NCBI GenBank assembly: GCA_964016885.1 | Contig: OZ024742.1 | Coordinates: 125,612,001 to 125,676,000, forward strand | Reading direction: 5' to 3' | DNA: 64,000 nucleotides | From: Eledone cirrhosa | Lineage: Eukaryota | Shown here: positions 39,510 to 52,109 of the stretch, in pieces | Numbering within the stretch: position 1 is the stretch's first letter | Layout: each line of letters starts with the position of its first letter | Translations under genes and position numbers: made by a program | The notes under the pieces: generated by a model | What the model saw: the letters and a program-made list of their open reading frames with translations, nothing else | Databases searched by the model: none | Told to the model about the DNA's origin: nothing

Positions 39510-40965
39510 CTACGCATGTCTGTATTTATGTATGTAGGTATGTGTTTGTGTATGTATGTAATGTGTATGTGTTTTTATGCATATATTTCCTTCCTGTCTC
39601 TTTTTCTCTCTACATTTCTGTTTCTTTGTCAATCTGTTAAAGAAGCAAGCAATTCTCCAAAAAGCAAAATATATTTTCTTTTACATAACACCTTTCTTCC
39701 TATGAATGACATTTTTCTATGGTGTTAAAAATGCACCATGTATTTCTTCAATACTTTCAATGATAAGATTGTTTCAAATAGGATTCCATCGCCTTGTTCA
39801 TTTTTACAACTATTACAGATTTAACTAAGGTTGCTTGTTTCTAGAAGCGTCGATCCTACTGCAAAGACGATAATGAATCATCCACGAGTTATGTTAACTA
39901 TTCACATGCTGAATGACACTATTCAATAATACAACACTCAATAGATAGAATTTCTTTAGCTTCTAAGAATCTGTAATAATGTGTATTGCGCAATAAAGAA
40001 ACCGGCCTCCATCCAAACATTATAGCTAATACAACCTTAATTATCTGATATGAAATAGTAAAGTGAAGTCGATGTTTTATTCAGAAAATAGATTTAATCT
40101 TGGAGGAAATTTTTCTGAAAAACATTTTACTTTTTTCACGAATACTAGCAAAATTAAGTAGGTTTTAAAATGTATCAGTGCTCGCGTTTATATAATTAAG
40201 AATTTCAAAATCCAATTACATTCATGCAGCAATGAGTATCTAAGGATTATGAGTCGTATTTTCATTCATTTGTTTACATTTGATAATATTTTAAATTTCA
40301 CCTGAAATATATTGATAATATAGAGTATGGCTAATTACCTTTTTAAGTCCGTATTACTTCTATTTCATGTTATGAAATCTACAATTTTTTAGCTTTCTTT
40401 AAATACAGACAAGCATCTCACTTATTTCAATTAGCATAATATACTTTCTTCGTCAAATTTCCTGAGATAAACTTTAGCATATTTTAGAAAATATTTATTC
40501 ACTTCCTTTAAGAGAAAAAATCTTCTTCACACTGACAAATTGTGTTTATGGTTAAAAATACTAAATGATTTTCTAATATATCTATGTATTCTTAAAATGT
40601 TACATACCTGTTTAAGTTTGGAGTGTTGCGTTCTATACCTCCCCAAGTCTTTGGAAGAGAACAGAAGGCTTCATTACCAAATGGTATGATTGTTCTGATT
40701 TTATTCTACTGGCTCGCAACTAAGGCACCTGGATTTTTTCTACTATAGCACCACATCAACCAATATTTTATGACTGAAATGTGAACGGAAAGTGTTTTTT
40801 GTTGTGGGGAGTTGGGTATAACTCGGTTATCGAATGCCTTTTATATATAGTGAGCATCCACATGAGAGTCTGGCCTGATAACTTTTTATCTTCCTCTCAC
40901 CAGTCTCGGAGACATTAAAATAATCATGAACTTTTCCCGTCTTCCTCTAAGTCATGTAAAATAAT

Positions 40966-41150
40966 TGTTTCTACTTTTTGGCACAAGCCCAGCAATCACC
41001 CAGTGCATTACTGGTACTTTATTTTATCGACCCCGTAAGGATGAAAGGCAAAGTCAACCTCAGCGGGATTTGAACTCAGATCGTTAAGGGACGTAGCTAT
41101 GCTGGAAAGCATGGCATCCGACCCTCTACCGATACTGCCAATCCATCACC
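40966..41150 (-). mobile_element. tRNA-SINE with 14-bp TSD
   Basis: Reverse complement of 14996-15182. TSD tcatgtaaaataat at 40952-40965 and 41164-41177. Confidence 0.9.
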
Positions 41151-41559
41151 TTGTAATCCACCATCATGTAAAATAATACACTTAAGAATAACTAAATTTG
41201 CTCAAAGTTACATAACAAAACAAACATCATAAATTGTACAGTACTGCTTATTTCCCGTTTCGGATGCTGAGAGTTACGTCTATACCTCATTGATATTTTT
41301 GGAAAGAAAGTATTAAAATATGTCAACGATCATTCTACAGAATCTCTAACAATCTTAATAAGCAAAAAATCATAGATTATTAATTGATCCACTATGTATA
41401 TCCAGAAATCACAATGTTGAGATTTCGAAATAATTTTGGCTATCCACACCAGTGCAGGGGGATCCATGGTCAATTAATTTAACTTTTAACGGATTATCAC
41501 ACCTACCTCCATTATGCAATTGACAGGAAATGGTTGAATCTGTATGTGCGAGTATATAC

Positions 41560-41639
<80 letters not shown>

Positions 41640-41741
41640 ATGAAGGGTTCATTCTACTGACATGGCTTTAAAAATGAGGCTTGTTTGCAAACGAATCGAA
41701 TGTTATTATTAATATTCGAAAAACTCAGATTATATATATAA

Positions 41742-41782
<41 letters not shown>

Positions 41783-42213
41783 CATGTGTGTGGGCTTGCT
41801 CATCCACGCGCTTAGGCATCACCGGCACTAGCACCACCACCACTACACAGTAATATACACACACCACCAACTCTGCCACCGCAGCCACGACCCTCTCAGT
41901 ACGACTTTGACTCCGTCACACTGACTTTCAACCTGCGTCCCCTACACGTTTTATGACCGATGAATATAACACACACACCCACACTCTAGTTATTCCTTAG
42001 AACTCCCTGCAACTACCCGCAATTCCTTTCTCTATAGCTTTGCCTTTCATCCCGGAACATTAAATTCCACCGAGGTATTATGTGTATATATGTAAATTTA
42101 TTGGAACTGTAGTTATTATTTTTTATTTGGAATACGCGTTCGATCAAATAGAATGGCCTCTTTGGCAAATGCTTTTATTGTGTTTTTTACCATTGACCTC
42201 ACTCGACCCAATA

Positions 42214-43006
42214 TCTATATACATAAATGGCAATTTCTGTCTGTTTGTGTGTTTGTTTGTGAACCTAAAACCCAAAAACTACCAAACCGATCTTGATGAA
42301 ACTTGACACGTGTGTGGGGCTCATGTCCATTTGATTTCTTACGTATATTTCATTTTAATCAAAGGGTTCCCCTAAGAACCCCGCTTAATTTTTTCCCTTC
42401 GATTTATATGAAATTTAAACCATAGGTAAATGACAAATTTAAACCATAGGTAAATTCACAAATATCAATAATATTGAGACACTCTAATGGGGGTTAAACC
42501 CCCTATAGTGAACATTTTGGCCAATAAATGGAACAAGATTTCACGAACTCCTCCTATGGTTTTGGAGATAGATCCCCATAACCATATATATTCTGAAACT
42601 ACATTGACCAGTGTTCTTGGATAAGTATATTTCATTTTAATCAAAGGGTTCCCCGGGAGCACAAAACACCCGCTGCAAATGTTTTCCCTTCGATTTATAT
42701 GAAATTTAAACCATAGGTAAATGACAAGGCATGATGCCTATTCACAAAATGTCAGCAATTAAACCCTCTAATGGGGGTTCTACTTTTTTCCTTATAGCAA
42801 CACTCAACTTCTCTGACAAATATTTTTTCGCCTCACCAATGCAATCAACAATATTTGTTTGTATTATTGTTTCGTAAATGAATTTGGCTTCGCTTTTGAT
42901 TATCTGTCCTATATTTTGATTTCATTTTTGGTCTGAGAGGTATTGGGCATTTTAATGGGAACTGGGAATACCTCCGCTCCCGGGTATTACCGGGTACCTC
43001 AGCTAG
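42214..43006 (+). mobile_element. Non-autonomous Helitron
   Basis: A|TCTATATACATAAATG start, hairpin cccgg gtatta ccggg then ctcagCTAG|T. Last 28 nt are 25/28 identical to 53040-53067. Internal ~95-bp direct repeat. Confidence 0.85.
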
Positions 43007-44572
43007 TAGTAAATAAATCGGGTTGCTAGAAACTATATGGATGCAACTCGGATGGATTTTACTCGTTAGTTAACACTCAAACCATACCAGATTGTACCGA
43101 TTCTGCTTGAGAATGTTATTAATGGTAAATATGCTTGTGGAATATTGATTTAGGATTTCCAGAACTACTCTACGTTTTATCACTTAATCGAAAAGAAACC
43201 TCTAAGATCAGGTTTGAATACTTACATCAAAGTTACCTCCCTTAAAGGTACCCAAAGCTAGGTGGAAGTATCAAACAATCTACTACGAAAGTAAACCCCA
43301 GACAACAATTTTTTAAGGCAGCATCGTGTGATTTGAGATGTGACTTTTTTTTTTCAACGGGTCAAATAGTTTTACATATTCTGTTCTGTTCTAAGGTATA
43401 GTAATCATGACACCCGTATTTTCCATCCATATTCTAAAAGGTCGCAGACTAGAGAAATGTTGATGAATAACAATGGATTAGATGGAAATTAATACAATTA
43501 CTGCTATTCGTCTATATAACAATTGGTTAATAATTTATACATCGCGTTTGAAATATGTCTGTAGTATTTTGGAATAAAAGCAGTTTTTTTCTTGATGTTG
43601 TTTTTATGGATTAGTCAAAGGAGGAAAGACAACGTTCATGACATTATGCAAAGCCCGGAGTCTTGTAGGAGGGTGGGAAGAAATTCTGAGATCAAAACCT
43701 GGCCTGAATACTTGCAACAAACTGTACTCTTATAATAAAAAGGCCAACGAAAAGTGGGGGTGTTATCTAGGATGATGAATGAATTATATAAATACAGAAA
43801 TAGAAATACTCAATGTTTTCAAACAGTTTCCCTCATCACAAAGTTTTAGTCAAATTGAGGCTCCGGTAGAAGGCACTTCTAGCCAAAGTTGTTATAGGAC
43901 TACATGGTGGTGAAGTCAACATATTTCTCTCTCCATCTTAGGACCATCATCAATTTCGACGGTAAGTATTCCAATTGTTCAATGAAGGGACATAATTCTC
44001 AGGAGCATTCCGCGTGATTCATTTTTGACAAAGCTGTCAGTTTGAACAACAAATACAATAGATCCGACTGACTTCCAAACAGTTTCCGTCGACTTAATTT
44101 CCACGCTAGGCTTAAGTTGATCTGAGACTGTTAAAAGACATTTAACCAAGATACAATGCATTCGGATAGAACACAGAATCTCGTGGTGAGAACTTAGTGA
44201 TGTAGCAACTAATGTTTGAATAAATTTACAGATATTGGTTCATAGTACTTATATTTGATAGTACGCATTTGCAATTTGCAACATCATAGTAACTTGTTTT
44301 TAACTCTTGTTTTTAAACTACCTTAAAGTACTGAATAAAATGCCTGGAGATGAATTAATTCATGTAACTGACAGCCAGTAACCTAAGACGTGTATCTGAA
44401 GAACCTCTAGCATATATTCTTCTAGTTCTCAACCCTGCTGTCTTTCGTTGTGGTACAACGGCATTTTAACTCCGCTGTCAGTTCATTCGTATCTTTACAT
44501 ATTGAATCTCTAAACATAGAACGTGATATAAGAATCGCTCTCGGCCTTTCCCAATCTCTCTCTATATATATG

Positions 44573-44617
<45 letters not shown>

Positions 44618-44718
44618 CTCTCACTCTCTCTCACTCACTCCATCACCATCTCTTTCTCTCTCTATCTTTCAAACACGCACACACACAAACACGCACACAC
44701 ACAGACTCACACACACTC

Positions 44719-44793
<75 letters not shown>

Positions 44794-44796
44794 TAT

Positions 44797-45407
44797 AATT
44801 AAGTTAAAAATGTACATCCACATATGTATACTGAAATACTAGTATGCATATGAATACACACACGTATACATATGTAGATGTACCAAGTCTTTCACTGGTT
44901 ACTTTACTGTGAGTATCCAGCTATTCTGTATGTAAACACACAGACAAACCGGTTTTTAGAGTCATACTGGTTTTTGAGGAAACACCTTTCCTCGATTCTC
45001 CAGAAAGCCAGACAAAAAATATTGAACTAGTTTCGTTGTTGTTACAACTCATCAGCAATATTTACCTATCTACCGGCCTTTCTGGAGAATCGTAAAAGCA
45101 CATATCGTTATATGCTTTTTCTATGAAAATTAGTAGTGGGCAGACTAATTTGCATAGAGTGTGAGTACGTACCGGTTCAACGGAGACGATAAAAACAAAT
45201 AACGAAACAAAATTAAATTTCGTTTCGTTTGTAACTCACTTTTGTATGACTGACGCTTAAACAATTAAGTTAAAAATGTACATCCACATATGTATACTGA
45301 AATACTAGTATGCATATGAATTTTAACTTAATTGTTTAAGCGTCAGTCATACAAAAGTGAGTTACAAACGAAACGAAATTTAATTTCGTTTCGTTATTTG
45401 TTTTTAT
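44797..45407 (-). mobile_element. Retrozyme-like element: 466-bp monomer + 59-bp terminal redundancy + inverted end
   Basis: 44797-44855 is identical to 45263-45321. 45322-45407 is the reverse complement of ~45189-45273. No ORF. Hammerhead at 45017-45063. Abuts (TA)n. Confidence 0.7.
45017..45063 (-). ncRNA. Minimal type I hammerhead ribozyme motif, canonical core
   Basis: Reverse complement: AAATATTG-CTGATGA-GTTG taacaa CAAC-GAAA-C ta G-TT-CAATATTT. 8-bp helix I, 4-bp helix II, palindromic AACTAGTT helix III. Confidence 0.88.
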
Positions 45408-45549
45408 AGCTTTTATAACTGAGAAAAATATATTGTTTTACATAGAGAGGTTATATATATATGCAAAAGTTCTATTTAAAATTGTTGGGATACAACAAGT
45501 AAATATTTTTATAACTGATATAAAGCACTCGACAAGTATTTGGAGTAGA

Positions 45550-45914
45550 TATACGATATTAATAAATGGAAACTATATTTATAAAACCATATTTATTTCA
45601 TTATACATATTTCAGGGATACCAAATTAAATTATGGTATGCCTTCATCAGACAAAATACAATATATAACAGTTTTAACAAATAAGCTTTGACGTACCCTT
45701 TTAAAATGCAACCATTATTTTTGGAAGCCATCTGGATAGTGAATTGTTTATATAATGGTTGCATTTTAAAAGGGTACGTCAAAGCTTATTTGTAAAACTG
45801 TTATATATTGTATTTTATCTGATGAAGGTATACCATAATTTAATTTGGTATCCCTGAAATATGTATAATGAAATAAATATGGCTTTATTAATATAGTTTC
45901 CATTTATTAATATC

Positions 45915-45919
<5 letters not shown>
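45550..45919. mobile_element. Fold-back pLTR-like element (~168-bp arms) with a hammerhead in each arm
   Basis: ~45550-45718 and ~45752-45919 are near-perfect reverse complements. Ends at (TA)n. Confidence 0.78.
45811..45875 (+). ncRNA. Type I hammerhead motif (mirror copy on minus strand at 45594-45658)
   Basis: TATTTTAT-CTGATGA-AGGtATACCA taatttaatt TGGTATcCCT-GAAA-T atgt A-TA-ATGAAATA. Confidence 0.78.
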
Positions 45920-45996
<77 letters not shown>

Positions 45997-46073
45997 ACTA
46001 GAAATAGATTGACATATATATATATAAAATAAACATATGGAACAATCACAATGTGATTGTTCCATATGTTTAT

Positions 46074-46449
46074 CTTTTTTTTCAAATACCACTTTGGAAG
46101 AAGAATCAGGATGGAGAGAGAGGTGCTGTACCCCAGCAAGTTTTATGAAAGGTGGGTGAAAGTGGCGAGAATGGCCCGAGTGAATGGGCCTTCTCTCTAT
46201 ATCAACCTGTAGGTTGAGAAATAGGTGGAGGAGAGGAAAGGAGTACAAACTCTTCGTACTCCTGGAGATTAGGGTTGCACATTTTTTCGGGGGTATGTGT
46301 TACCCATATAAACTGTCTCCCCTATCGGGGAAAATCGACTAATTTTTTAAATTGCATTTGTGATAACATTTTACATGTTTTTATTGTATGTAAACTTCCC
46401 CCTTTGTACTTTTCCCCTTCTTTTGTGCCCCTGTGGCTAATAAAGAAAC
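46074..46449 (+). mobile_element. Tx1 3' fragment (ORF2 end + 3'UTR)
   Basis: gaaaggtgggtgaaagtggcgagaatggcccgagtgaatgggccttctct matches 13570-13620. Ends cccctgtggctaataaagaaac. Confidence 0.8.
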
Positions 46450-47700
46450 ATATCTAGCTATATATATATATATATAAATGCAAGTTTACGATTCTGTGTG
46501 TCCGCCTAAAACTAGCAAACTACCGGACCAAACTCCTCAAAATTACATGTACATATTCACTATACACTCGGACAGGCAACGGTCGAAAAAGTTTTACTTT
46601 GCAAAGCAAGGAATTCATTTAAAATCAATTTATCTATTTACTAATGAATATCAAAAGAGATCATCCATTTTGTTTTGTTTTTTATGTTCTCCAGTCTGTA
46701 GATAAGAGAGTGAGGGATGGGAGAGAGAAAGAGAGAGAGTAAGGGATGAGAGAGAAAGAGAGAGAGTGGCACAAGGGAGAGAGTGTAAGACGATGAGAAA
46801 GAGAGAGAGTGAGTGGGAGAGAGAGAGAGTAAGGGGATGTGAGAGAGAAAGAAAGAGAGTAAGGCATGAGAGAGAGAGTGGGAGATGGGGGAGAGAGAGA
46901 GTGTTAGAAGATGTGAGAGAGAAAGAAAGAGAGTAAGGGGATGAGAGAGAAAGACGATGAAAGAGAGAGAGGCAAAGTAATCAGCGTTCTTAACTTTTAT
47001 TTATTTATTACTTTTACACACTTTTTAACTCTCCCGCTTCCTTAACGTTATTTATCTTTTCTTTATTTTTTGTTCTCTATTCCGTAGAGAGAGGGGGGTG
47101 AGAGAGAAAAAGAGAGAGAGAGAGTAATGGGATGGGAGAGAGAGAGAGGGAAAGTAGCCAGCGTTCATTAACTTTTATTTATTTATTATTTTTACACACT
47201 TCTTAACTCTCCCAATGTTATTTATCTTTTATTTATTTTATGTTTGCTATTGTGTAGAGGATGAGTGAGAGAAAGAAAGAGCGGTGATGAGAAAGAGAAA
47301 GGGGTGAGGCGGAAGGGGAGAAAAAGACAATAAGAAAAGAGAAAAGATGGGAGAGAGAAAAAAAGTAAAGGGGCAAGAGAGAGGGAGGGTGATTGGAGGG
47401 ATTCTTTAGCTAACGTGTGTCCGCGTTTATATATATATTTACACACACATATGTGTGTTATGGGGAAGGGGGGCGTTCTTTAGCAGACGATATATGTTAC
47501 CATCAAAGCTTATTTTCTACATATGTCTACATATGGAGTGTTTGTCGTTTTTTTGGATACAATCTGAAATCCCAATATTTTCTACATATGTCTAAAATTA
47601 ATTACACCTAATATAAAGAGATCATTTAAAACAACTTTACCGAGTGAACAATACATTCTATAGTTTTTTCTATTTCGGAAAGAGTGTGGTGTGTAATAAT

Positions 47701-47763
47701 TGTTTCTACTTTGGCACAAGGCCAGCAATTATTCCAGTGCATTACTGGTACTTTATTTTATCA
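47701..47763 (-). mobile_element. SINE 3' fragment inserted in the Helitron 5' region, 16-bp TSD
   Basis: tgtttctactttggcacaaggccagcaatt...ctggtactttatttta. TSD tgtggtgtgtaataat at 47685-47700 and 47764-47779. Confidence 0.85.
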
Positions 47764-47789
47764 TGTGGTGTGTAATAATATCACTTCAA

Positions 47790-50700
47790 ATGCCTAGAAA
47801 ACGTTCCAGATCATTATATGGAAGGTCATCTTCAGAGGCTAAGAGAACGAAAACACAGCGATCTGAAGAAAGTGAAGAAGTTCGGCATGCCCGTCTAGCT
47901 GCTAACAGAGCCCAAACAGCTTTAGCACGAGCACACCGTTTGGATGAAAGGGAACAAAGGAATGCTGCTACACGAGAACAACAAATTAAGGAACAGCAGC
48001 AAATCAGACGAAATGCTAATCAAGCACATCGTTCTACTGCCCGAGCAGGAGAACAAGCCACAAGTAAAATGAACTGGCTGTTGGGTGCTTTTTCTTATGA
48101 CCCCCAAAAGGACCACAGCAGTAATCCACAAATCAACATTGGGAAAATGAACAAATGCTGCCAGAATTGTGGTGCCAAGAAGTGGGCAGCAGAAACACCA
48201 AGTCTATGCTGCTCAAAAGGCAAAGTGAGCCTTAAAACAATACAAGAACCTACTGAATTTCTGAAGAATCTGCTCCTTCAGCATACACCAGAAGCCTCGA
48301 CACTTCAATAAATACATCATAAAATATAATTCTGCCTTTCAAATGACATCTTTTGGGGCTGACAGGAATGTGACTGACTTTAGATTCTGTACAACTTATA
48401 AAATTCGGGGACAGTGTTACCACTTAATGGGTGGCCTTCTGCCACTTTCACAAAAGCCTCACAAATTTGTGCAGGTTTACTTCATGGGTGGAAATGAAAC
48501 ACAGGCACAACAAAGATGTACTAATGTCCATGGTGGATTGCAGTTCTACATAGTCATAAAGTTACAAGAAATGTTTCAGCAGCATCACATGTACGTCAGA
48601 GTATTTAAATATGCACTGGAGCATATCAACAACACCAGAGATTGTAAAATCATCATTAGGGCAGAACAGGAACGCAGATTCAATGCACCTGCCACTGACG
48701 AAGTTGCAATCATAATGGTTGATGAACAGCATGAACGACGTGACATTGTTTTGCAAAAACGAAATGGACATTTGGAGCGAATTTGTGAATGGTCAAGATG
48801 GATATCATTTTCAGCTTCGGCAGATCAGCCCAAGAACCGGACAAGAAACTGGCCGATCAATCAGCTGCAAAGAATTCTATGCTTATCATTTCATGGTACG
48901 TGATCATTTCAACCAAGTTCTGCGATTCAAAGAAGTAACCAGCCACTTCATGGTGGGCATATATGCCAAAATTGAAACAGAAAGATTGGGTTTTCTGCGA
49001 AGGAATCAAACTAAGTTGAGGGCAGATAACTATATCCACCTTAGAGATGCCATCAATTCTGATGTTGACCCAAGAAATATTGGCCAGCCAGTCATACTGC
49101 CATCAAGCTTCACGGGAGGACCACGTACGCAAGATGCAATGGCCTATGTCAGAAAATTTGGTCAGCCACATCTCTTCATTACATTTACATGCAATTCAAA
49201 CTGGTCAGAAATATCAAATGAATTATTTCAAAATCAAAAACCAAAGGATCGACATGACCTCATCGCTCGGGATTTCCATGAAAAGCAACAAAAAAATATT
49301 CATCTGGCTCCTAAAAGAAGGAAGAATCTTTGGTGAACTTAGTGCTTGGATGACCACTATTGAGTGGCAGAAGAGAAGTCTTCCTCACTCTCACACACTA
49401 ATCTGGTGCAAGAAGATAAGACCAGATGATTTTGATAAGATCATTTCAGCAGAGTTGCCTGATAAAGGTGGTGATCCAGAGCTCTTTGAAACCATCAAGT
49501 CCAAACTCATTCATGGTCCTTGTGGAGTCATCAATCCTGCCTCTCCCTGCATGAAAGATAAAAAATGCAACAAACATTATCCTAGAGCTTTTATTCGGGA
49601 AATTCGGACTGACAATAATGGATACCCCCTTTTATCGTAGGCGTAGTCCAGAACATGGAGACAATACTGCAAGCCTAACAGTTCGAGGAGAGGAGCTGAT
49701 CATAAACAATCAGTGGGTCGTCCCACACAACAAATTGTTGTGTAAACTTTTAAAAGTTCATATCAATGTTAAGTATTGCAGCTCCGTCAAGGCAATCCTC
49801 TATGTCACAAAATATATCAACAAGTGCAGAGACATGGCTACCTTTATTACTGACAAAGAATTCAATGATGGTGGACTGGATGAGGTCAAATGGTATCAAA
49901 CAGGTCGATACATCTCCAGCAATGAAGCTATCAGGTGAATCTTTGGATTTGATATCCATCAACGCCACCCAACAGTGGTCAACCTCGCAGTCCATATGGA
50001 AAATTGACAGAGGGTGTACTTCACTGAGATCATTGCTCATCAGTTGGCACAAGCATCACATGACACTACACTAACTGCTTTCTTTAAACTCTGCCAGAAT
50101 GATGAATTTTCTCGATTCCTCCTATATGCTGAAGTCCCAACATACTACACTTGGACCAATTGGAAGACCTGGAATCGAAGAAAGCAGGGTAATTTAGTGG
50201 AAGGTCATGAAGTCAAGTCAAGTGATGCTATTGGGCGTGTTTACAATGTCCATCCCAACAACAGAGAATGTTTTATTTACGGCTACTTCTGCATACTGTT
50301 CGAGGACCAACGTCATTTGAGGATGTTAGATGCTTCAGAGGAAGGGAGTGTGCAATATACCAAGAAGCATGTAAACAACATGGACTCCTGCATGGAAATG
50401 GACACTGGAAGAAGTGCCTAAAAGAAGCAGCAATCACTCAAGTAGCCAGCCAAATAAGACAATTATTTGCTATTATGCTCACAGCATGTGGAATTGATGA
50501 AGCCCATCTACTCTGGCAGGAGTACAAAAACAATATGTCGGACGCGACTAACTACACCTGGCCAGAAGACAATATGTATATGGCAATATACCCCCAGTAT
50601 TTACAATCAAGCTCTCTATGACCTGTCCCATCGAGTTCAGGCATTGAATAGCACATTAGCTAACTACGGGATGCCAGAGCCAGATGAAGAAATAGAGATA

Positions 50701-52109
50701 GCACAAGATATTTTTCAGGAGACAAACTACGATATTCAAGCATTGCGTAAGTTTGTGGATGAAAATGAACCTCACTTGATGGATGACCAGAAATACGCCT
50801 ACCACAACATCGAAAACGTTCAAAATAACAGGGGAGGACTTTTCTTCATCGATGCTCCTGCTGGCACAGGCAAGACATTCCTCATAAACCTTCTGCTTGC
50901 AAAAGTTCGCCAAAAGCAACATATTGCCCTTGCTGTGGCTTCAAGTGGCATTGCAGCAACACTTCTGGATGGAGGAAGGACTGCACACTCCATATTTAAG
51001 CTGCCCATAGATCTCACATGGCATGAACAATCTTTTTGCAACATCAAGAAGAACTCACTCAAGGGCAAGCTTCTGCAAACATGCAAGATGATAATTTAGG
51101 ATGAAGCTACTATGAGCCATAAATGAGCAATTGAAGCTTTGGACCGGACGATAAGGGATCTGAGAGAAAATAGTTGCATAATGGGAGGAGTGACAATGGT
51201 TCTTGCTGGTGATTTCAGACAAACTCTGCCCGTAATTCTTCGAGGGACTCGATCTGATCAGGTCAATGCCTGTCTGAAAACAACCTATCTCTGGCCCCAC
51301 TTTCAACTGCTGAGCCTTACAACCAACATGCGAGTGCACTTAACTGGTGACGAAGGTGTCAGTGAGTTTGCCATCCAACTACTTAAATTAGGAAATGGAC
51401 TTCTTGAAAAGGACTCCAATGACCATATTGGGTTGTCATTTGGCCATATCATTGACACAGAACAAGAACTGATTGCCAGAGTGTTTCCAAACATTCAGAC
51501 CAGGCAATGTCAACCGAAATGGCTCTGTGAACGAGCAATCTTAGCACCTAAAAATGTTGCTGTGAAAGAAATCAACAGAAGGCTGCTGGAGATGTTACCA
51601 GGAGAGAAAATATGCTACAAATCAGTTGACACAATCACTTCTCAAGACCAGATTGTAAACTATCCAACTGAATTTTTGAACAATCTTGAACGAGCGGGAA
51701 TTCCTCCATACAACCTGATACTGAAGCTTGGAGCATTGGTTATTCTACTTCGCAATCTGGATCCTCCAAATCTTTGTAATGGCACAAGACTCATCATCAA
51801 AAAGATGATGTCCAATGTTCTAGAAGTTGCAATCATGTCAGGAATATTTGCTGGTAACAATTATTTCATTCCCAGAATACCTCTGATGCCAACTGATTTG
51901 CCATTTGAATTTCAAAGACTTCAATTTCCGATCAGGCTGTTTTGCCATGACCATTAATAAATCTCAAGGGCAATCATTGAAAGTCGTTGGGTTGAATCTG
52001 GCAGATCCTGTCTTTTCACACGGTCAACTCTATGTTGGCACAATGTCTCTTCATTGTGGCACCAAAGGGCAAAACCAAGAATGTTGTTTATCCAGAGTCT
52101 TTGGAATGA
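47790..52109 (+). pseudogene. Helitron RepHel (HUH Rep + Pif1-like helicase), multiply frameshifted
   Basis: Zinc finger CQNCGAKKW..LCCSKG, ILPSSFTGGPR, PHLFITFTCN, TIEWQKRSLPHSH (HUH), YVTKYINK, DAPAGTGKT (Walker A), [51 protein letters not shown]. Confidence 0.95.

Noticed and set aside
46700-47400. GA-rich block with a ~60-bp duplicated motif
   Set aside because: It is low-complexity sequence internal to the Helitron 5' region and needs no separate element.
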